From the NCBI RefSeq assembly GCF_009914755.1, contig NC_060935.1: a stretch of DNA of 64,000 nt, one strand, 5' to 3'. Below the pieces are notes generated by a model. It was not told where the DNA came from. It worked only from the letters and a program-made list of their open reading frames with translations, and searched no databases. The translations under genes were made by a program, and so were the position numbers. This stretch comes from the human T2T-CHM13v2.0 reference genome, Homo sapiens. Shown here piece after piece: positions 57,611 to 64,000 of this stretch; positions within the stretch are counted from its first letter, which is position 1; each line of letters starts with the position of its first letter.

Positions 57611-59606
57611 GCAGCTCTTTGAGGACTTTAAGTAAGGGATTGAGGTAATGTGATTTAAGTTTGAAAAGGATCTTCCTGATTTTCTGATTGCTACATGGGA
57701 TAGAGAGAGAAAACGACAAAGACTAAGAGGAAAGGGGAAATGAGGAGAGGGGACAGGAGGGGAGGCGAGGAGAGACAAGTGGAGGCAAACTGACAGTGAG
57801 GGGCTGATGCAATATTCTAGTCAAGAAGATTGGGGGTCACAGTGGAAATGGAGCTCAGGGCTTGCTGATGGATGAATGTTCTTTGAGGCACTCTGACAAG
57901 TAAGACAGAAGGCAGAGGAGTGCACAATAAAGGAGCCTCTAGACAGCCCCGGAGGTAGGAGGACAACAGGAAGAATGCAGTGTCAAAAGGGCAGAATGTT
58001 TCAAAAGGAGGCAGAGCACGACTGTTTGGGAAGTTACCAAGGGTTCACTTAGTGGTCAGGCCACCGTCTGGCCATTAACTTTGGCACAATGTAGAGAATA
58101 AGATTTGTAAGAGTGGGTGGTATTGGTCAGTGCAGCTAAAAATACTGGCCAGATATTTCTCTCCAGACTGAGTCCATCTTAATCACCACAGTACAGAGCC
58201 TGGCACAGAGAACATACTCCACAAATACATCTTTGAATGGGTGAGTGATTGAATTTTGGATTCGAGGAGGAAAATCACCCTCAGCTGGGGTGCTAGAACT
58301 TCATGGAGTTAGAGGAATTGGGTTGGGCCTTGAGAGATGCGCAGGGCTTGGATAGGCACGGAGATGGCTGGAACTCTGGGAGGGAGAAGGGTTGAGATGT
58401 TGTCCCCACGGAGCCCCCCACTTGTGCCTGGCTGTGCTTCAGACCCTTCCCATGTCTTGCGCTCTGAGATCTGACAAGTACTCTAATTGGGGTTGCACAA
58501 GGATGAACTTACAACTACTCTTGGTATGGGTGGTTCAGGGAGCTGAAAAGAATATCTGTTGTCTAAGTTAGATGATACCCAAGTAGAAAAGACTGCGTGG
58601 GAGCCTACCAGCATCCTTTGAAATGAATTATCACAAAGTCTTTATTTAATACACTGAAGGAATAATTTATCGAAACAGATTCAATGTTCTTACCCTAGGA
58701 CACGCAAGAACCAAATTATTTGCAACAATGATCAAAGACCAATTTTCCCCCAAATTGACATTTTCATTTCTTTTAAAAAAGCTTCAGTAAATGAGGATTA
58801 TCATTTTAGCCCTCAGTTATGGCTCTCATTTGGAAGGGTTTGAGGTGGGAAATTGGTTGAGAAAGATCCTGCAGCCAGATAGCAACAGGCCGTGAGCTCA
58901 AGGAGCAAGTGGCATTTCCAGTGATTCATTTTAAGGGGGGACATTAATGTTTAATACAGTCAGAATAACATCTCTAAAGAGGAGGTCCATTTTTAAAGAA
59001 AAACAGCAAGTCTGCCAAAGGAAAAAAATCCACCACATCCATAGCCCCTTTTCTGGACAGATGCACACATTTCTTGGAGCTTCTGTTCAAAGCCTGGAGT
59101 TTCAGGTGACCTGTTTCCTGTCCGGAAAGCCTCACTGTCCTTCCTGAGCACAAGGTTGAAGGCTGATAATTGCATAGTTTCCCCAGGAACCTGAATGCAC
59201 AAACACCCTGTGGCCAACACAGATAGATAAATAGTGAGGGAGACCTCCTCAGCAGTGACTCTGGAACTAATTAGCTAACAAGGCATGTAATTAGATTAAT
59301 GCATGTGATCTAAGAGCTGATGATGTGCTTTTTAGGACAGTGGAAATAAAGGAGCTGAAAAGAAAGCATTATATTGAGGAGCTCCGAATTATTATTCCTG
59401 TCAGAAATACCAGCTGGGAGGGTGGGGTGGTGGTGAGCATGAGGGTAGCTATTCATCACTTAGTTCCTGCTGGTTCATCAGGGACTGACATTGCTTCATG
59501 ACTCCTGGCTGCTGTGGAAAAGAATTTTTCCCCTCCTTCTGATAGCAAGGTGAGAGGCTCCTGTATTATTTATTTGGCACACATTGTAGCCAGATCTGCA
59601 CTGGAC

Positions 59607-59659
59607 AGAGGGGTCTTTCCAGAAACAACCTGCACAGTTGTTTCTGGAAAGACCCCTCT
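59607..59659. repeat. Perfect 23-bp inverted repeat with 7-nt spacer
   Basis: AGAGGGGTCTTTCCAGAAACAAC-CTGCACA-GTTGTTTCTGGAAAGACCCCTCT; the arms are exact reverse complements. Confidence 0.97.
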
Positions 59660-61262
59660 AGCTTCCCCCCGGCTCTCTCCTTGGGCTCAACTGGAGAGAA
59701 GAAATTACATATTTGAAGCTTACTAAGCCCCCTCCATCTCCCCAAGTGCAGGCTTCTGCAATGCAGAGGGTCCCCCTCCCCAAGTACTGAGTCATGTCCC
59801 TCACCACTGACCTCTGGGACCCCAATAAAGCCAACTTTACTTCTCACTCTCCACTCCTTTCCTACTTCTCATTAATTCCTTTGCCTCCATCTGAGGTAAT
59901 GCTGCCCTGTTGGTCCCTGAGTGTCAAATCTGTGCAGTTTCTGGGGTGAAATATTGCTGAGGCCACCAAAGTCATTTCTCATTGAGCCTCTGACAGTTTG
60001 CTAATTAATAAGATTTTGGTCATTGCATCCTATGCTGAAGTTGGACCAATTTCCCAGGGGTGGGAAGTCAGACATTAATCCACTAAACCAACTAAATTAC
60101 TTGTGTGTGAGAGAAGACAATTTCTTCAGGAGTATTTTCCTGTGGTTTGACATATCGCTTTGCAGGCTATGGACTTTTAAAAGCACTTTCTAGTCTGATG
60201 ACGGGGAAGCCTAGATTCCTGATAGAAAAGTCATATGATTAAGATACCCCAAGATACCTCTAAGTTCTAAAGATACTCTTAGAGCTGTTTGCGTATCATA
60301 GAGAGGGGATGCCAGCTCTATTTTGAAGCTGGGGAAAAATCTGTCTGGTGCTGTTTTCTGTCAGGCTTAATACAAGCTTATTCAGAAGAGTGTGTCTTTC
60401 TGCTTCTGTGTGCCACAACTGTCTTTTTGCCCGCGGAGCCACAGGAGCTTACCTTTGAAACATTAGCTGTTCACCCTAGTAATTGCTCCATCCTCTAATT
60501 TAATGAAAACCCATTAAACCGAAACAATAATTAAAATGAGACATCATCTCTGTAGGAGGTTTGCATATTAAAATCACTGTGCCTTTCAATGCAGGCAGAT
60601 TTTTATTCTTGAAAAACAGCATTTGAAGTAACATGTAAAAATGATTTATAATGAATAATCATAAATTACAGAGCTTGGCAGTTGAACATGATGCCCTACT
60701 GTTTACTATTGAATCTGAGTAGATGTGGCAAGGTCAGGGCCAATACAACATTTAAAAATGTCTCTTTCATGCCTGAGAATTAGGACCGTGCACAAAAGGG
60801 AATGAATTATAATTAGATCAGCCCACCAAACTTTTAAAGCAGGCTAGAGATGACACCCTTAATATACAGAGTAGTTTAGACTCTGGGAGGAGGAGTGTTG
60901 CTACGTAGGGGAGGCATAGCATTGGAGTAGAGAAGTAATGATGCTCTCGTGTTGGGGACTAGGGAAGCCAAACAGAAATATACACAATAAGCTACAAAGT
61001 TGGAGTCAGAGACACATCTCTGCTACTTGCTAGAGGTGAGATCTTGGATAAGTCACTTATTTTCTATAAACCACAGATTCTTCATCTTTAAAGTGAGGCT
61101 ATTAATGCCCATTTAATTGGTTTTATGAATTTGAAATACTATCATGTATATGAATATGCTTAGAAAATGTTAAAGTCCTGACTTTAATGTCTAGATATGG
61201 GCATTTTTTTAAAGCATCTCAGAAATGTCATAAGGTGCCTATTACCTAAATATTAGGCACTT

Positions 61263-61302
61263 TTCATTCATTCATTCATTCATTCATTCATTCATTCATT
61301 CC
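61263..61302. repeat. (TTCA)n microsatellite
   Basis: Direct reading. Confidence 0.92.
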
Positions 61303-61444
61303 TGAACCCTGGAAGGTGAGTGTTACAGATGAGGCAACTCAAGGATGAAGGAAGGAAAACAGCTACCTAAGGTCTTACAGCAGGTACTTGGCAGAGCTGG
61401 GATTCAAACACTGGTTTGTCTGAGCCAATAGATGGTGCTGAGGG

Positions 61445-61635
61445 ACAGTGGTGCCTTATGATTGGCTTTAGACAGATCTGGGTTTGAATTCCAGCTAGAC
61501 TAGTTAGTAGAACACGTTTTAACTTTTTGTATCTCATCTGTAAAATGGAGATAGCAATGCTGACACCACTAGGCTGCTATGAGGATTAAATTAGCATATA
61601 TAAAGTCCTTAGCTTGACATCTAGCAAAAATAAAA
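61445..61635 (+). mobile_element. MIR
   Basis: AGACAGATCTGGGTTTGAATTCCAGCT...CTCATCTGTAAAATGGAGATA...TGAGGATTAAA. Confidence 0.8.
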
Positions 61636-62140
61636 AATTCAGAACTGTTTGGAAATTGGCTGGCTGGACTTAGATTGGAGTGGCTGGAAGTCCCATAGTC
61701 TCTGCCCAATTTTCAATTTTTGTTTTAACAGAAAAGAGTTAGAACTGACCACTAACCATGCCTCCAACCCTGGCTGGCAACCCCTGCTCACCTGCTCAAT
61801 GCTCTCCTGCTGGGCCACCATAACCAACCATCAGTGTGACCTTTACTTCAGCCCCAGCTGCAGCACCAGGGTTCTTTTGGCATGGTGGCTGCTGCCATAG
61901 CTTGGTACCCCACCCATCCTACAGGACCCAGGGCCTGTCCTGGCTGTATACCAAATAAGCTAACAGATGTCATGTGCTGCTTATGTGGAAGACAGTTTTG
62001 AGAGTTTAACATGTACTTATTGATTTAATCTTTATACTATCCCCATGGGTAGATGTGGTTTTATTCTCATTTGTAAAAATGAGGAAGCTGAGGCACAGAG
62101 AGATTAAATTATCCAAGGTTATATACCTGATAAGATGTGA

Positions 62141-62454
<314 letters not shown>

Positions 62455-62602
62455 TGAAACTGGAATCTTAACCAAACAGTGAGGCTTCAGAGCCTGAGCT
62501 CTTAACCACTACCCTACATTGCCTCTTACCTGGAAGATTAAGTCCCTGATGAGGGACTCACTCTCTGGTCCTGCTCCAGGTGATTTCAGACCTATGATGA
62601 CA

Positions 62603-62619
62603 TGACCTAAACATGACCT
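62603..62619 (-). promoter_or_regulatory. DR5 nuclear-receptor element (RARE consensus), function untested
   Basis: Minus strand reads AGGTCA-TGTTT-AGGTCA. Confidence 0.4.
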
Positions 62620-63051
62620 TTTTTTCCCCTCTCTCTTTCTTCTCTTCTCTCTCTCCTTTCCTTCCCTCCGTTCCTTTTTTCCTCCCTCCCCTCCCCTCCT
62701 GTCCCCTCCCCTCCCCTCCTGTCCCCTTCCCTCCCCTCCTGTCCCCTTCCCTCCCTTTCTCCCTCCCTCCCTCCGTCCCTCCCTTCTTTCCTCCATCCCT
62801 CCCTCTCCCCTCCCCTCCCATCCCCTCCCCTCCCATCCAGTCCACTTACCTTCCCTCCCTCCTTCCCTTCCTTCCTTCCTTTCCTCCCCCTCTCCCATCT
62901 TCTCTTCTCTCCTTCCTTTCTTTCCCTTCCTTCCTTTTTTCCTCCCTCCCTTCCTCTCCTTTCTTTTTTTCTTTCCTTCTCTCCTCTCTCTCCTTTCTTT
63001 CTCTCTCTTCTTTCCTCCTTCTCTTTCTTTTCTTTTCCTTTCTTTCTTCTT
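62616..63051. repeat. ~430-bp polypyrimidine (CT-rich) tract with a 20-bp minisatellite
   Basis: Almost purine-free plus strand; CTCCCCTCCTGTCCCCT(C/T)CC x3 at 62691-62750. Confidence 0.92.
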
Positions 63052-63171
63052 AGAGATAGGGTCTTTCTCACTATGTTCCTCAGGATAGACTAGAATTCCT
63101 GGGCTCATGTTATCCTCCGTCTCAGCTTCCTGAGTAGCTGAGATTACAGGCATATGCTACCATGCCTGGCT
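63052..63171 (-). mobile_element. FLAM_A-like monomer
   Basis: AGAGATAGGGTCT...TCCTGGGCTCA...CTGAGTAGCTGAGATTACAGGCA...CCTGGCT. Confidence 0.8.
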
Positions 63172-64000
63172 CTACTTTTCTTATATCCTGAACTGAAAAG
63201 CTGAGCAGGATCCATTCACTTTTGTTTGTGTCTTTATTACTAGACTTTTAGATCTTCATGAATAGAAGGTGTGTCTTAGTTTTTTGTCCACAGTGCTGGT
63301 TCAGGGAATGCTCAGTAAGGGTTTTTAAAGTTAAGAATGAATGAACAAATGAATAAATGAGCGGATGGGTGGTTAGCAGAGGGCAGGGCAAGGACTGCCC
63401 TCATGTCTTTATAAGAACATCGAGAGCATCTCTTGCTGGAACTGATGTTCTTGCTTGCACCCAGCAACCTTTGGTGCTTAGAGTTTTGTACACTATGTGA
63501 TGAGTACACCTTGGGGTTCTCAGATTCTTGACAATCAGTGTGTATTAAAATGGCACCTGAGGAGGGTTGCTGGTCAGTTATTGCCAAAAAAAAAGAAAAA
63601 AAAACCCTGTTGTCCTCACTGATTTAAGGATACACAATTGTGGGACTGAAAGCAAGGTGATTGGTGCTTATTTTCTTCTTTTGTAGGATGTCCTTCTTGT
63701 TTCTCCCATTTCTATGATGAGCTCATATATTTTAGCATAAACATTGTAGTTTTTTTTCTTACAATAACTCTCAGAGAAGATTTGGAAAATTCAGACATGT
63801 GGAAAGAGGAAAAATTTCACCCATGTTAGCTCCCAATTGCTGACAAAATTGAAGGCCATGCCTATCTATCTGCTATGCATCACAAAATAAATTTTATGTT
63901 ACCATAGACTTGGTATGATGCTGTATGTACTATTGTATACCTGTTTCAGAGTATTGGCTGGACATTTCCTATGTTATTTCAATGCCTTTCATATCATTAT

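Noticed and set aside
62509-63153. Long ORFs (214, 154, 146 and 95 aa) rich in K/E/R/G or P/S/L/F
   Set aside because: Translations of the CT-rich low-complexity tract and the FLAM; stop codons are absent for compositional reasons.

Overview
Primate genomic DNA, most likely human or great ape (AluY, an AluYd-type copy, L1PA and LTR12F are present). It is non-coding intergenic or deep-intronic sequence dominated by interspersed repeats. No credible host protein-coding gene, tRNA, rRNA or CRISPR array is visible. The supplied ORFs are translations of L1, Alu or MaLR repeats, low-complexity tracts, or chance ORFs. Main content: the 5' part of an L1PB-type element (1-2958); about 19 Alu/FLAM copies; two MaLR proviruses that keep both LTRs (an old MLT1I/J-type at 7.6-10.4 kb and a THE1D-type at 11.5-13.8 kb); a nested L1PA16/L1PA6 structure; many solo LTRs (THE1B/C, MLT1A/B/D/H/K, MST, LTR12F); MER3/5/20/104 DNA transposon fossils; L2/MIR fragments; and a fragmented L3/CR1. 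Repeat-poor islands at about 47.9-51.7 kb and 58.4-60.9 kb look regulatory. The most notable directly visible structures are an L1 3' transduction bracketed by a 15-bp TSD, a perfect 23-bp inverted repeat, a ~107-bp templated duplication inside a MER104, a perfect DR5 (RARE-type) element, and DUX4-type motifs in three MaLR LTRs. I cannot support a wholly new biological system here and cannot name the locus. Subfamily names come from recalled consensus sequences and need RepeatMasker/Dfam confirmation.
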